Source of the DNA: Thermoplasmatota archaeon
Lineage (GTDB): Archaea; Thermoplasmatota; Penumbrarchaeia; Penumbrarchaeales; Penumbrarchaeaceae
DNA: 64,000 nt
Direction: 5' to 3'
Assembly (NCBI GenBank): GCA_965234725.1
Contig: CBDDUX010000038.1
Location: forward strand, 19,323-83,322
Position numbers and translations under genes: made by a program. The notes below the pieces were generated by a model. The model was not told the DNA's origin. It searched no databases and was given only the letters and a program-made list of their open reading frames with translations. Below are positions 38,274 through 48,598 of the stretch, piece after piece; positions within the stretch are counted from its first letter, which is position 1, and every line of letters starts with the position of its first letter.

Positions 38274-39401
38274 GTGGCTATAATTGGTGAGAAGGAGCCC
38301 CTCAACATGAATGGCAAGGGAAGAAGTCCAATTGGAGGTCTCCTCAGGGGTTTTAGGAAGAGACCCAACAGGTTCACCCAGGTACAGAAGTCGTTGAGAA
38401 GAAAGGGTGAAGGGAGGCTACCTTTATCATTCTATGGAACCTCTGACATTCTAACAAAGGAACAATGGAAGAAGACCATTGAGAGATACAACCCAAGGGA
38501 AATGCTGGAGAATCTGGATAAGATAGAGGAGAAAGCCCTCCTTTCAGGAGCTGGGATCTCCGTTCCTGAGACCTATCTGTTGCTAGAAACCATGGATGAC
38601 ATGGAGAAGCTAAGGGAGTGGTTGAAGGATTGGAATGATGGATTTGCTATCAAACCAGCTTCAGGGCACGGTGGGGCTGGGATAAAGGTGATCAACAGGA
38701 GGACCGCCGGGAGGTTCATCACGATATCGGGCAAGGGTATAGGATCCGATGATATCATGGTCCATGCTGAAAGGATCTTGAGAGGTTCCTACACAAGGGG
38801 AGAACCGGACCGGGTGATCGTGGAAAGAAGACTCATCCTTGACCGATCGCTCAGAGAACTAATGACGCCGGGACTTCTGGATATAAGGGTGGTTTCATTG
38901 CACGGTTTCCCCTTGATGGCAATGACCAGGCTCCCCACCAGAAGGTCCAGAGGAAAGGCTAACATCCATCAGGGTGCAATAGGAGCCGGGATCTCATTAT
39001 GTGACGGAAGGATCACATCAGCAACCTTGCTTCGAAGGAATGTCAAAAGGCATCCCACATCTGGCAGACAGATCCTTGGATTCAAGTTCAATATGTGGGA
39101 GGATATCCTCGAGGTCGCATCTTTGGCCTCGGATGTTTCCGGATTGGGATTCGTCGGAGTTGACCTTACAGTAGATCTCAAAACCAAAGTAACCGTCCTT
39201 GAGGTGAACAAGAGGCCTGGGTTAGAGATCCAGAATGCTAATAAGGCAGGTTTGAAAAGGCGGATACGCTGGGTGGAATCGATGGTTAAAAAGAGCGGGG
39301 ATGACATCAAGGCCCTAGGTCCCGGTATCAAAGTCGAACTCTCAAGAAAATGGGATCAGAACGAATGGAGAAAACCATTGGAGAAGATGGAAGAGGAATG
39401 A
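38274..39401 (+). CDS. ATP-grasp ligase, alpha-L-glutamate ligase-related (RimK-like)
   Basis: KPASGHGGAGI, DIRV, AMTRLPTRRSRGKANIHQGAIGAGI, GVD, LEVNKRPGLEIQNAN. Confidence 0.85.
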   Translation: MAIIGEKEPLNMNGKGRSPIGGLLRGFRKRPNRFTQVQKSLRRKGEGRLPLSFYGTSDILTKEQWKKTIERYNPREMLENLDKIEEKALLSGAGISVPETYLLLETMDDMEKLREWLKDWNDGFAIKPASGHGGAGIKVINRRTAGRFITISGKGIGSDDIMVHAERILRGSYTRGEPDRVIVERRLILDRSLRELMTPGLLDIRVVSLHGFPLMAMTRLPTRRSRGKANIHQGAIGAGISLCDGRITSATLLRRNVKRHPTSGRQILGFKFNMWEDILEVASLASDVSGLGFVGVDLTVDLKTKVTVLEVNKRPGLEIQNANKAGLKRRIRWVESMVKKSGDDIKALGPGIKVELSRKWDQNEWRKPLEKMEEE

Positions 39402-40766
39402 TCAGGAGTGATCCTCCGGAGAGCTGTCCACAATGAGTCTGATTACCGATCCCCCTTTTAAAAAGAGTATATATCCATATCTATTAAGGCGTTCAAGCGA
39501 CCTTTCGAGGTCAAATTGAGGTGTTTTCAGATCGAGATCTTCCCTTTTCAGATCGAAGTTACCTGACTCTTCAGCCTTGGTCCTTAACTGAAAGAATATC
39601 TCTCTGTCGATCGGCTTCAACCTGTCCCTCCAAGGGTGGGATCCCATGGAGGATGTCACCTTCTCCTTCCTCATCCTTCTCTCGATCTCCTCCAGACCCC
39701 GTTTCATGAGCTCGCTGAAGAGTTCCTTCCCCTTTTCAAGTCCCGTGGGTTTTCGTGAAAAACCAGAGCCGTCGAAATGTTTTCCAATGCTCAACCTTGT
39801 CAGTGACATGCCAATTCTCAGGGCTGAAAGGGGATCTACCGATGTTGCAGAGAAACCATCCCAGATCGCTTCCCTGTGGGCAGCTTTGCTCAGATCTTCT
39901 GCCATCTCCGAGATCGCTTTCTCTGTTGGTGGAGGAGTGTACAATGCAGTAAGTTGATACTCCAGGACATCCAGGTCTACAGATTCCTTCTTGGTCATCA
40001 TTTCAGCGCTGTTCAGAACAAAAGGCAAATGGATCGGGACCTGGACCTTCCTCAAGGTTTTGAGATATTTCACTTTTCTTATGACCGAATATGCGTTCTC
40101 GGTTGATCTTTCCTTCTTGAAATCCTTGTAACCGCTGAGTGAATCGAATATTGAATATCTGTACTGTCCGGAACCCTTCAACCTGAATTCGAGTGGAAGC
40201 TGAGAAAGTATGGTATTTGATACATCCATGGGGGTTCCGGAACCTCCGATCCTCATGGTCTCAAGCCCTTCCGAACCAAGACCACCCTCCCCATATACAG
40301 AAGGAGGAGCAGAGACGAAAAGAAGTGAGATAACCCTATCAAGAAGGTCCTCATCAGCATATTTCCAGTTGGAAGAGGTCCGATATACAAACTCATCCGC
40401 AGGAAGGTTTGGTGGAGGGAGTGGGATCCTAGCTTCACGGACATCCTGGGCCTCCACTACGGTACGATATTGGGTTTCCATGGATCCATCCTTTCCGGAT
40501 CCAAAAGGTAGAACTGCCTTCTCCGTCTTGCCGGGAACTATCTCAACGAACTGCCCCTCCTCTATCTTCCCTGCGATATCCTTCGGAAGAAGATAGACAC
40601 GACCTCTGTCAATATCTGTGAAGCGGGAGCCTTGAAGCTTGATCGTGCCTGAATTGATGAAATGAACAAAACCGAAATCCACATGATCCCTGTCAAAGAG
40701 CAACATCTTCTCCAGTTTACAGAACTGGGAACCAAACTCCCTTTCAGATAATCTGAAGGAGGACAT
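39402..40766 (-). CDS. Hypothetical protein; possible OB-fold + degenerate AAA/MCM-like core + C-terminal winged helix
   Basis: C-terminal LERSLERLNRYGYI is wHTH-like and RIGMSLTRL resembles an MCM helix; no intact Walker A. Confidence 0.45.
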   Translation of the reverse strand: MSSFRLSEREFGSQFCKLEKMLLFDRDHVDFGFVHFINSGTIKLQGSRFTDIDRGRVYLLPKDIAGKIEEGQFVEIVPGKTEKAVLPFGSGKDGSMETQYRTVVEAQDVREARIPLPPPNLPADEFVYRTSSNWKYADEDLLDRVISLLFVSAPPSVYGEGGLGSEGLETMRIGGSGTPMDVSNTILSQLPLEFRLKGSGQYRYSIFDSLSGYKDFKKERSTENAYSVIRKVKYLKTLRKVQVPIHLPFVLNSAEMMTKKESVDLDVLEYQLTALYTPPPTEKAISEMAEDLSKAAHREAIWDGFSATSVDPLSALRIGMSLTRLSIGKHFDGSGFSRKPTGLEKGKELFSELMKRGLEEIERRMRKEKVTSSMGSHPWRDRLKPIDREIFFQLRTKAEESGNFDLKREDLDLKTPQFDLERSLERLNRYGYILFLKGGSVIRLIVDSSPEDHS

Positions 40767-41999
40767 TCAGATCTTCCCTCCCTGGGACCTTCTCGCACTC
40801 CTCCTTTCTGCTCTCTTCATCTTCAGATAATCCTTAAGGTCGGTCTCAAGGTCGTTGGTTGTCCTCAACCTGTGGAAGTATAGAGCGGAAAGACGTCTAA
40901 GGTCAGAATATGAGTCCAGATCAAGTGTCAGATCCGCTGAGACCGGAGCGACTTTCAGGTCTACCCCGGTGGCTCTCAAGAAGCATTTTTCTGCTTCGGT
41001 AATTGCCATATTCCATCTCATTGCCCTTATTAACGGACGTCCGAACTTATAGATAAGATATGGATATGTCAATGGGTTTGCACCCATCTTCCTGAGGGAA
41101 TAGAACCGGTTAATGAACTTCCTGTTGACCCTGTCGAACCTAGTAATGAACATATTACCCATCATTAGATGTTTTCTTGAATCCCTTTCACCGAAGATCC
41201 CAAGATCATCCTTAATAGGGATGCCGAACTTATTCAGATTTCCGGAACGGGGATGGTTAGGGCCGACAGCCCCCATTGACGTCAGATCGTTCCTCTCGAT
41301 GAAGACCTTGAGTTCCTGACGGGTTCCCATGCCGAACCTGATATCCGGGTCTCCAGGCCTTTCAAAGGCCCTTTCCAGGAACAATGAAAGGTTCATGCCG
41401 GTCAATAATGGGAGATCCCCACCTATAACAAGCATATATTTTCCTTTGTAACCAAGGTCCTTAAGGACCTTCTTTCCGATCAGTATGTTCTCCCCAATGG
41501 ACTCCCTCTGGTCCTCCACATGGAAACCGGATATTTCTGATCTGTCAAGTTCTCGCTGGATCTGTCGCCTGGGGCCGATTATCACAGTCCTGTCTTTATC
41601 AAGATATCTACATTTCTGGACACCAAGGAGAACCTTGGAGATAGGTGCTTCTCCTTTCCTGGAAAGGTATTCCAGCAGGTCCTTCTTATTTCGTTTGTAT
41701 ATCCTGTCCCCGGTCTTCCCTGCGAAGTATAATACCCTCTTCAGGAAATTGATATTCTGCTGGGATATCAGGTCCGGGTGGAGATATAAAAGGGTCTTGT
41801 TCTCTCCCACAATGTAATCATCCCTGTTGATCCGGGAAGCAAGACTGGCCTCAAGCTTCTTTTTATCAACATTCCAAAGGCTTGGATGGGAAATGCGAAA
41901 GAATACTCCTCTTCTTCTTCTCCTTCTAAGCTGCCGCTTGATCTTTGCATTTCCCGCCAATACGACTGTGGCGATACCTTCTATTTCACTTACGTCCAT
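40767..41999 (-). CDS. Nucleotidyltransferase/GT-A-fold protein (MobA-like NTP transferase)
   Basis: VVLAG, GDLPLLT and LDLDSYSDL motifs. Confidence 0.7.
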   Translation of the reverse strand: MDVSEIEGIATVVLAGNAKIKRQLRRRRRRGVFFRISHPSLWNVDKKKLEASLASRINRDDYIVGENKTLLYLHPDLISQQNINFLKRVLYFAGKTGDRIYKRNKKDLLEYLSRKGEAPISKVLLGVQKCRYLDKDRTVIIGPRRQIQRELDRSEISGFHVEDQRESIGENILIGKKVLKDLGYKGKYMLVIGGDLPLLTGMNLSLFLERAFERPGDPDIRFGMGTRQELKVFIERNDLTSMGAVGPNHPRSGNLNKFGIPIKDDLGIFGERDSRKHLMMGNMFITRFDRVNRKFINRFYSLRKMGANPLTYPYLIYKFGRPLIRAMRWNMAITEAEKCFLRATGVDLKVAPVSADLTLDLDSYSDLRRLSALYFHRLRTTNDLETDLKDYLKMKRAERRSARRSQGGKI

Positions 42000-42137
42000 T
42001 CCACATGCTCCGGATCGAAACTATGGACTGGTATCGATAATTGATGATATACAATTTGTCTGGGAAATGGGCATATGTGGTCCTGAGACCGTAAATTATT
42101 AACCAAGGTATGGAGCTGTTGATGTAGGAGCGGTGTC

Positions 42138-45100
42138 ATGAAGTATCCCAGGGCTGGTAGATCCTCCATATGGAAGGTGATCGCAGCTTTTTTCCTATTG
42201 ATCGTCCTTTCGATCCAGTCTATCCCATCTGTTGGATCAGACATTACCCATATCAGCAGCCCATCAATGAATATCAATGGGAAGACCTCAGAGACCTCAA
42301 GAGGATTATCTGACGCGGTAGGTCTGGAATATATCGCAATTGGAGAATCAAGGTTCCGGGATGAAATGGAACCTCTTATAGAATGGAAGACCCAGAAGGG
42401 CGTGAAGGCAGGATTCTTCCCAATGGATGGGGAGGGAGGCATTCTCGAAACGTATTCAGGCCGTGATATTCAGGAGAAGATCCGTAATTTCATTATCGAT
42501 ATCTGGACCACAGGTGGAGAAAGCGAAGGTCCCCTCAAATGGGTCCTGCTTGTAGGTGATGGAGAGATCATTCCCCCACGAAGGACCTTCGTGAACGGAA
42601 GTTCCGAATTCGGATCCGAAAATGATGAAAATTATGTTCTTTCGGACCTCTATTACGCCGGTCTTACCGGTTCCTGGGATGAGGATTCAGATAATATCTT
42701 TGGGGAAGAGGATAGTTTAGTCCAGGAAATGGATGCAATAGCAGAGGTCAACGTTGGAAGGTTCCCAGCATCCACTGAAAAGGAGCTTAGGACAATGGTC
42801 AAAAGGCAGCTTTCCTACGAGAGGGACCCTGCACCGGGATCATGGACAGGATCAATGCTCCTTGCCGGTTCGTTGATGGATGCCCCAAATAACCAGGCAT
42901 TGTTCGACCCATACAAGGATAACGCTTTCGAACTGATCACCAAGATCGAGGAAATGCTCCCTGATGACATATCACCATACCCCCTGCTGGACTACCCGAG
43001 GCTTGAGTGGGGAGGATATAACAGGATGTTCGACACGCTGAACGAAACATCCTTTACCAAGCATTTTGAAGCAGGATTCTCAACTGTTCTTCTCGCCTGC
43101 CATGGAGATATCGATGGGAACTGCACTCACTATCAGGGGAACAGTGGCGGTAGCTACCCCTACTGGGCAGATTATGGAGTATATTTCAATTATACAACCG
43201 CTGAGACGATCAAGAACGGGGAAAGGACTCCTTTCGTATACATCTCCAATTGTGATTCATTGAACTTCACCGAACCTGATGATTCCAATATGGAACGGTT
43301 GATGACAAACCAAAACGGGGGGGCTATTGGTGTCATTGGGGCTTCAGTTACAACCTACAGGGGAGAGTATTTCGATGATACCTCATGGGGGAACTGGTGG
43401 CTTGCTGAAGAGTTCTTTGAGATATTAAATTACAACACCTCAAGACCAGGGGAAGCTTTGTACAAGCTCAAAGAGGATTATGTCAATCATGTGAACATCA
43501 AGGACCTGGTACCTGCCGAGATAAGGATGTTCAACATTGACAACCTGGCCTACAATCTTCTGGGGGATCCAGAAGTTCCCCTTTGGTTAAGATCCCCTAA
43601 GAAATTAAACATAGAATATCCTGAGGAATTTTACCAGGGTAATACTTCCATTGAGATCAGGGTGAGGGATGAGGAAACAGGGGCTTTTGTGGATCGAGCA
43701 ACCGTTTGCCTGATGGACCCAGATAATGGTTCCATATACAAGGTCTATAGGTCTAATAACTATGGCGAGGTCCAGATCCCACTTGTAATGGATGACCTTG
43801 GTGAACTCCTTCTCACGGTCACAAAGGAAGGATATCTCCCCTCTGAGAAGATCATAGATGTGGTTTCTCTAAGGAATGTAAGGATCACGGGAGAACCAAC
43901 CCTTGACCCATCCATTCCGATATATGGAAGACCATTCAGTGTCACTGTCACTGTTGGAAACACGGGCAACTCGATCCTTGAGGGGGTTACACTTTACGTT
44001 GAACTCCTGTCCCCCGATACGTCCCAGCGGATCCAAATACCAGAGGAAGGCATGGGAACCGCATTCCGATTATTATCAGGAGAGATCATCAACAAGACCA
44101 TCACATTTGACTCGCCATTCCATAGTCTCAATGGATCCAGTACAAACAAGCTGACGGCATGGGTGGAGGTCCCCCCTGGGCCTCTGGAGAATGATATTTC
44201 GGACAACAGTATCTCAATCCAATTCAGAGCCAATGAAGAGCCTTCCCTTATCGGTCTGCCATCAGGCTTCCGGATCCCGGAGGATTCCAGTCTATCTGGG
44301 ATCAATAAGACCTTGGACCTTTCAGGCCTGGTCATCGACGATGATTTTCCCGAGGAGTTGACATTCTGGACATCTGTGATCTCAGGTAATATGACAACGG
44401 AGATATCAAAGGAAGACCGTCTGGATGTCATACCTGAAAATGATTGGAACGGAGATGGGCAGATACGGGTCTTCGCTTCCGATGGTTCTGTGACAGTCAG
44501 CAGAATGTTGGGTGTGATCGTTGAACCAGTCCCTGACCCACCTGTTTTCCGATCATGGCCAGATACCGTGGAAGGACTTGAAGATGAACCAGTAACCTTC
44601 CTGATCGAACTGATCGATGTGGATACCAATGATGGAGATCTGAACTTAACCGCCCCAGGATGGGAGAACATCAGTTTCAAGAGGTTGGAGAACCGGACCT
44701 CATTTGTATTCGAGGTTAACCTGACACCAAGAGAGGAGGACCTGGGTCCGTCGGTCCTATTAATTATTGCAAGGGATGAGAGCAATCTCACTGCTGAGGT
44801 CAAGATCAGTCTGGACATCGATACAACGAACGATCCTCCTGAAGCAGAGTTCGATCCAAAGATCAGGGTTGAAAAAGGGAAGAGGATCAAGATCCCGATG
44901 ATGATCACGGATCGTGATAACGATCTGGAGATCCGTGTAGGAGTTTTGGGACTCATTGTTGCGGGTTACACGTATGAGAACGGATTACTTACGATAACAC
45001 CTGTTGACGGATTGGAGACAGGGACATATCAGGTGGACATCTGGATCGATGATACTGGTACAAGGGGTAACAGAACATACAGGGCCGAGATCGAAGTGGT

Positions 45101-45491
45101 GGATAAGGAGAATAGTCCCATCATCTTGACATTCATCTTGTTGGTCCTTGTAATAATAATTGTCCTGGTAGGTTATGGTGTATTCGTAAGGTCACAGGAG
45201 AACAAGCAGAAGAAAATGCTCGACCGTGTTGGGGATGAGGTATTACTTTCAAAAATAAAAAGAAAGAAGAAGAGGGGAAAGGAACCGCAAAGAAGTTCCC
45301 GAAAAGGTTCCATCGAGGCTCCCCCTGTCCCGAATGAACTGGAGGGTGTGCTCGCTAGGAAAGGTATCGAGGAGATCGAATCCGAGGATTGGAATGTTAC
45401 AGAATATGATGAGGTCACGGCATTCAAGGACCTGGAATCGGAACTTGAAGAAGTAATAGATGAACTCTATCCCGGTTCGGATGACAGATAA
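42138..45491 (+). CDS. Secreted membrane-anchored C25 (gingipain-family) cysteine peptidase with CARDB/cadherin-like domains
   Basis: WKTQKG, VLLVGD, SDLYY, VGRFP, catalytic CHG and SNC, YNLLGDP, C-terminal TM. Confidence 0.9.
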   Translation: MKYPRAGRSSIWKVIAAFFLLIVLSIQSIPSVGSDITHISSPSMNINGKTSETSRGLSDAVGLEYIAIGESRFRDEMEPLIEWKTQKGVKAGFFPMDGEGGILETYSGRDIQEKIRNFIIDIWTTGGESEGPLKWVLLVGDGEIIPPRRTFVNGSSEFGSENDENYVLSDLYYAGLTGSWDEDSDNIFGEEDSLVQEMDAIAEVNVGRFPASTEKELRTMVKRQLSYERDPAPGSWTGSMLLAGSLMDAPNNQALFDPYKDNAFELITKIEEMLPDDISPYPLLDYPRLEWGGYNRMFDTLNETSFTKHFEAGFSTVLLACHGDIDGNCTHYQGNSGGSYPYWADYGVYFNYTTAETIKNGERTPFVYISNCDSLNFTEPDDSNMERLMTNQNGGAIGVIGASVTTYRGEYFDDTSWGNWWLAEEFFEILNYNTSRPGEALYKLKEDYVNHVNIKDLVPAEIRMFNIDNLAYNLLGDPEVPLWLRSPKKLNIEYPEEFYQGNTSIEIRVRDEETGAFVDRATVCLMDPDNGSIYKVYRSNNYGEVQIPLVMDDLGELLLTVTKEGYLPSEKIIDVVSLRNVRITGEPTLDPSIPIYGRPFSVTVTVGNTGNSILEGVTLYVELLSPDTSQRIQIPEEGMGTAFRLLSGEIINKTITFDSPFHSLNGSSTNKLTAWVEVPPGPLENDISDNSISIQFRANEEPSLIGLPSGFRIPEDSSLSGINKTLDLSGLVIDDDFPEELTFWTSVISGNMTTEISKEDRLDVIPENDWNGDGQIRVFASDGSVTVSRMLGVIVEPVPDPPVFRSWPDTVEGLEDEPVTFLIELIDVDTNDGDLNLTAPGWENISFKRLENRTSFVFEVNLTPREEDLGPSVLLIIARDESNLTAEVKISLDIDTTNDPPEAEFDPKIRVEKGKRIKIPMMITDRDNDLEIRVGVLGLIVAGYTYENGLLTITPVDGLETGTYQVDIWIDDTGTRGNRTYRAEIEVVDKENSPIILTFILLVLVIIIVLVGYGVFVRSQENKQKKMLDRVGDEVLLSKIKRKKKRGKEPQRSSRKGSIEAPPVPNELEGVLARKGIEEIESEDWNVTEYDEVTAFKDLESELEEVIDELYPGSDDR

Positions 45492-45537
45492 TCCTTAAAT
45501 ATCAAACCTGCTTGTAGTGACCCCTCGAGGCGCTATC

Positions 45538-45756
45538 ATGCCAATAAGACCACTGAACTTGCTCAAAGAATCCCTCTCGAACAGGGTCATCGTTGAACTT
45601 AAGGGAGGAAGGGAGTTCAGGGGTACACTCGATGGATACGACGTCCACATGAACCTTGTCCTGATGGAGGCCGAGGAGATCATGGATGGCGAGGTGGTCA
45701 AGAAATCCAGAACCACCATCGTCCGAGGGGACAACGTGATCTACATCTCACCATAA
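45538..45756 (+). CDS. Sm-like (Lsm/SmAP) protein
   Basis: [30 protein letters not shown]. Confidence 0.95.
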   Translation: MPIRPLNLLKESLSNRVIVELKGGREFRGTLDGYDVHMNLVLMEAEEIMDGEVVKKSRTTIVRGDNVIYISP

Positions 45757-45768
45757 GGAGGAGCTAAA

Positions 45769-45939
45769 ATGTCAAAGGGAACTCCGGCACAGGGAAAGAG
45801 GCAGAAAAGCCTCCATATCAGATGCAGAAGGTGCGGCAGGCACTCATATCATATGAGACAGAAGGCTTGCTCATCATGCGGATTCGGTAACACCGCAAAG
45901 ATCAGGTCCTATGCATGGGCAAAGACCCATCGACCATGA
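45769..45939 (+). CDS. rpl37e: 50S ribosomal protein L37e; not in the ORF track
   Basis: Translated by hand as MSKGTPAQGKRQKSLHIRCRRCGRHSYHMRQKACSSCGFGNTAKIRSYAWAKTHRP. The Lsm-L37e gene order is conserved in archaea. Confidence 0.97.
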   Translation: MSKGTPAQGKRQKSLHIRCRRCGRHSYHMRQKACSSCGFGNTAKIRSYAWAKTHRP

Positions 45940-45956
45940 TCGTTACGTCATACCTT

Positions 45957-47423
45957 TCAATCCCTGAACCCTACTCCTGAAGAAGATAGTACGGTTTCCT
46001 TCCATCTTTTATCCAGTGCATTTGATAGAATGATTATTGCAACCACTCCAAGAATGATCATGGAAGTAATTCCAAAAAGGGATACGATGGGAAGGTCCAC
46101 CATAAGGAATGATAACATGGTTGAGAACATCAAAGGAAGGACCGTGAACACCATATATCTCAAGAATACAGAAGAATCGAAGATCAGTGAATTGGTCCAT
46201 AATCCTGTCAGATATGCTGTGACGAAACCCATGTAGGGAACTGCCACGAGGATCAGTGGTACCCCGTACAAAAGTCCCTGAAGATCACCCGTAATGATCG
46301 ACATTGCAACAAGGAATACCAGGGAAATGGGTAGGGAGATGACAAGGTATACCCTTAGTTTTACTCTGATGAGTTGGGGTGTATCTATTGGGATCGTCTG
46401 ATCGAACTCAAGGAAATCGATATTGGTAAGATGGGTATAGATCGAGATGGTAAAAAATGAGACCATTACCGCAAAGAACGTGAGATTGAAAGATACTGGA
46501 ATACTCTCCAATCCGGACAGGATACCAATCATCCCTGACATCACAATAAGTGGAAAAAGTAATGAAAAACCGATCCTAATGTAGGCTTTCCCCCTTATCA
46601 ATCCCAGAAGCTCCCGTGAGAACAATGAGCGGGAAACTACATCACGAGGGTATAGAACACGGGACAAGGACATCACATTGTTATAGGACCCGGGTGAGTT
46701 GGTCCTGGAACTTCTTTCCCCACCATCGAATACCAAAGTTCCGATGGTAATATAGATCGATACAAGAAGGATCGTGATCAATATGAAGGTCCATGAGTCA
46801 TATTCGACAGCTAGCAATCCCGGAACGAATCCTCTTACATCATATGTTATGATCTGGATAATGATCAGAGGGAGGATGGATAGAGGTACGAAAAGAAGCA
46901 TTCTTCTTTTTGTGTTGTTTAATGCTGAGGACACAAGCATGCTCAGGGAAAGACCAAGGAGGAATGTGGACCATTGCGCAAATGTGATGAGCAGAACCCT
47001 GTCGATTGGGATGGGTCTGATGATCAACCCCAGCAATAATCCTGATGTCATCGGCATCAGAACGAGGAATATATAGAACACAAGGTCATGGAAGAAATAG
47101 GCAAGATACATCTTTCTCTCCCCCACAGGTTGGTACCTTGTCGATGCAGAGAGCATTGTCACCGGACCAAGCGACCTCTCTATGAACTCCTTGCCCAGGA
47201 AAGCAATTCCTCCCATGGATACACCGAACATGAAAAGAGAACCGAGGACCGCAGTGTGTATCTGTTCATAGGTGAAGGATCCCGCAAGATCGGGAAGGAA
47301 GATATATCCGCACATAGCACCGATCAGAATGACCTCGGGGAAGATTATTAGTGAGAGTGAGGATGAGAAGGATCTTCTCAACCTTATCTCCTCTATGAGG
47401 AAAAGTCTCACCAGCTTCCACAT
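45957..47423 (-). CDS. Polytopic membrane protein, ABC-2-type permease-like
   Basis: About 12-14 TMs in a duplicated architecture, EEIRL near the N-terminus. Start placed at ATG 47423. Confidence 0.65.
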   Translation of the reverse strand: MWKLVRLFLIEEIRLRRSFSSSLSLIIFPEVILIGAMCGYIFLPDLAGSFTYEQIHTAVLGSLFMFGVSMGGIAFLGKEFIERSLGPVTMLSASTRYQPVGERKMYLAYFFHDLVFYIFLVLMPMTSGLLLGLIIRPIPIDRVLLITFAQWSTFLLGLSLSMLVSSALNNTKRRMLLFVPLSILPLIIIQIITYDVRGFVPGLLAVEYDSWTFILITILLVSIYITIGTLVFDGGERSSRTNSPGSYNNVMSLSRVLYPRDVVSRSLFSRELLGLIRGKAYIRIGFSLLFPLIVMSGMIGILSGLESIPVSFNLTFFAVMVSFFTISIYTHLTNIDFLEFDQTIPIDTPQLIRVKLRVYLVISLPISLVFLVAMSIITGDLQGLLYGVPLILVAVPYMGFVTAYLTGLWTNSLIFDSSVFLRYMVFTVLPLMFSTMLSFLMVDLPIVSLFGITSMIILGVVAIIILSNALDKRWKETVLSSSGVGFRD

Positions 47424-47455
47424 GGGGGAAAAATAACAAAGGTCCACTTAACGGT

Positions 47456-48244
47456 TTACCCGTTAATATCCGCAAACGAAGGGTCCTTAAGAAGAGGTAG
47501 CAGGTCTAAAATATTAGTGATCGTGGGTGTATTGATCTCAACTCCTTCCGGAGGTTCACCATCAGTATGGTATTCTCGTGTGTATACGGCCTTCATCCTG
47601 ACATTCATTGATCCAAGGATATCTGTCCGGTACCTGTCACCAACATAGACCGTTCTTTCGGGCCGGATATCCATCTCATCAAGGGCCATTTCAAAGATCT
47701 CGGGATGGGGTTTGGTCATTCCCACCTCTGATGATATGATCAACGGATCGAAATATCTCTGAAGGTCCTCTTTTTCCAGGAAGGATCTTATTGCCGTGCC
47801 ATCCATGGCATTGGAGATCAGGCCTACCTTGAGTTCCGAACCATCCAGGGTCCTTGTTGATCTCAGGATATTTAGAACATATCTAGAGGAGGATCTCATG
47901 TTCAGGCAAGCTGAAAAACTATCGGAATGAGTGGAAGAAAGTCGTTCGAAGAGGTCCGAACCATTATTTGTAAGCTTCTTGAGCTCAGTAGCGATCATCT
48001 GACTCCTGTATTCCACCGATGATTCCCACAGTGTCTCGTCAGCTCTTTTCCTTTCCTGCTTTACAACGGATCTGAATAGTTCCAGAAAGGTCCTGAAAGG
48101 GACCTCTTCTTCTGTCAGACCGGATGAACTGTACCACCTTACAACAAATTCCATGGAATCCCTTGGAGTAAAGGGAATGAGGGTGTTTCCCAGATCGAAT
48201 AGAACACCTTCAAAAAGGAAAGCCGAATCCATCCTATCAGCCAT
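47456..48244 (-). CDS. HAD-superfamily hydrolase
   Basis: FDLGNTL, LISN, KPHPEIF, YVGD...DILG. Confidence 0.9.
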   Translation of the reverse strand: MADRMDSAFLFEGVLFDLGNTLIPFTPRDSMEFVVRWYSSSGLTEEEVPFRTFLELFRSVVKQERKRADETLWESSVEYRSQMIATELKKLTNNGSDLFERLSSTHSDSFSACLNMRSSSRYVLNILRSTRTLDGSELKVGLISNAMDGTAIRSFLEKEDLQRYFDPLIISSEVGMTKPHPEIFEMALDEMDIRPERTVYVGDRYRTDILGSMNVRMKAVYTREYHTDGEPPEGVEINTPTITNILDLLPLLKDPSFADING

Positions 48245-48250
48245 CAGTGA

Positions 48251-48598
48251 TTATCGGGCCTTGTTGAAGTAGTTGGCAAGGTAGGTGAAAAGAGCACCAC
48301 CAATGATGATCGGCCACGCGACCTCGGGTTTTCCGTTCTGGGCCTCGTATACTCCCCAGAGAATGATTATCATACCGATGGGAGTAACGAAGTGATAAGC
48401 CCATCTCATTAAGTAGAATATCCTAGCAGCAGTGGATACTCTCCTCTTGGGTGTTGGAGGCGCCTTGGGTCCGCTTACCCCTGTATTCCGTGGTGCCGCT
48501 CTCCTTACACCTGCACTAACCCTTTGTTGCAAGAAATCCACTCCTTTTCTCCGGGTCAATGTCTTAAGGGTAGAATAAGGTTGTTGTCCAAGTATCAA
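48251..48598 (-). CDS. Small hypothetical membrane protein
   Basis: Basic N-terminus and two TMs; overlaps the upstream stop codon. Confidence 0.55.
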   Translation of the reverse strand: MILGQQPYSTLKTLTRRKGVDFLQQRVSAGVRRAAPRNTGVSGPKAPPTPKRRVSTAARIFYLMRWAYHFVTPIGMIIILWGVYEAQNGKPEVAWPIIIGGALFTYLANYFNKAR

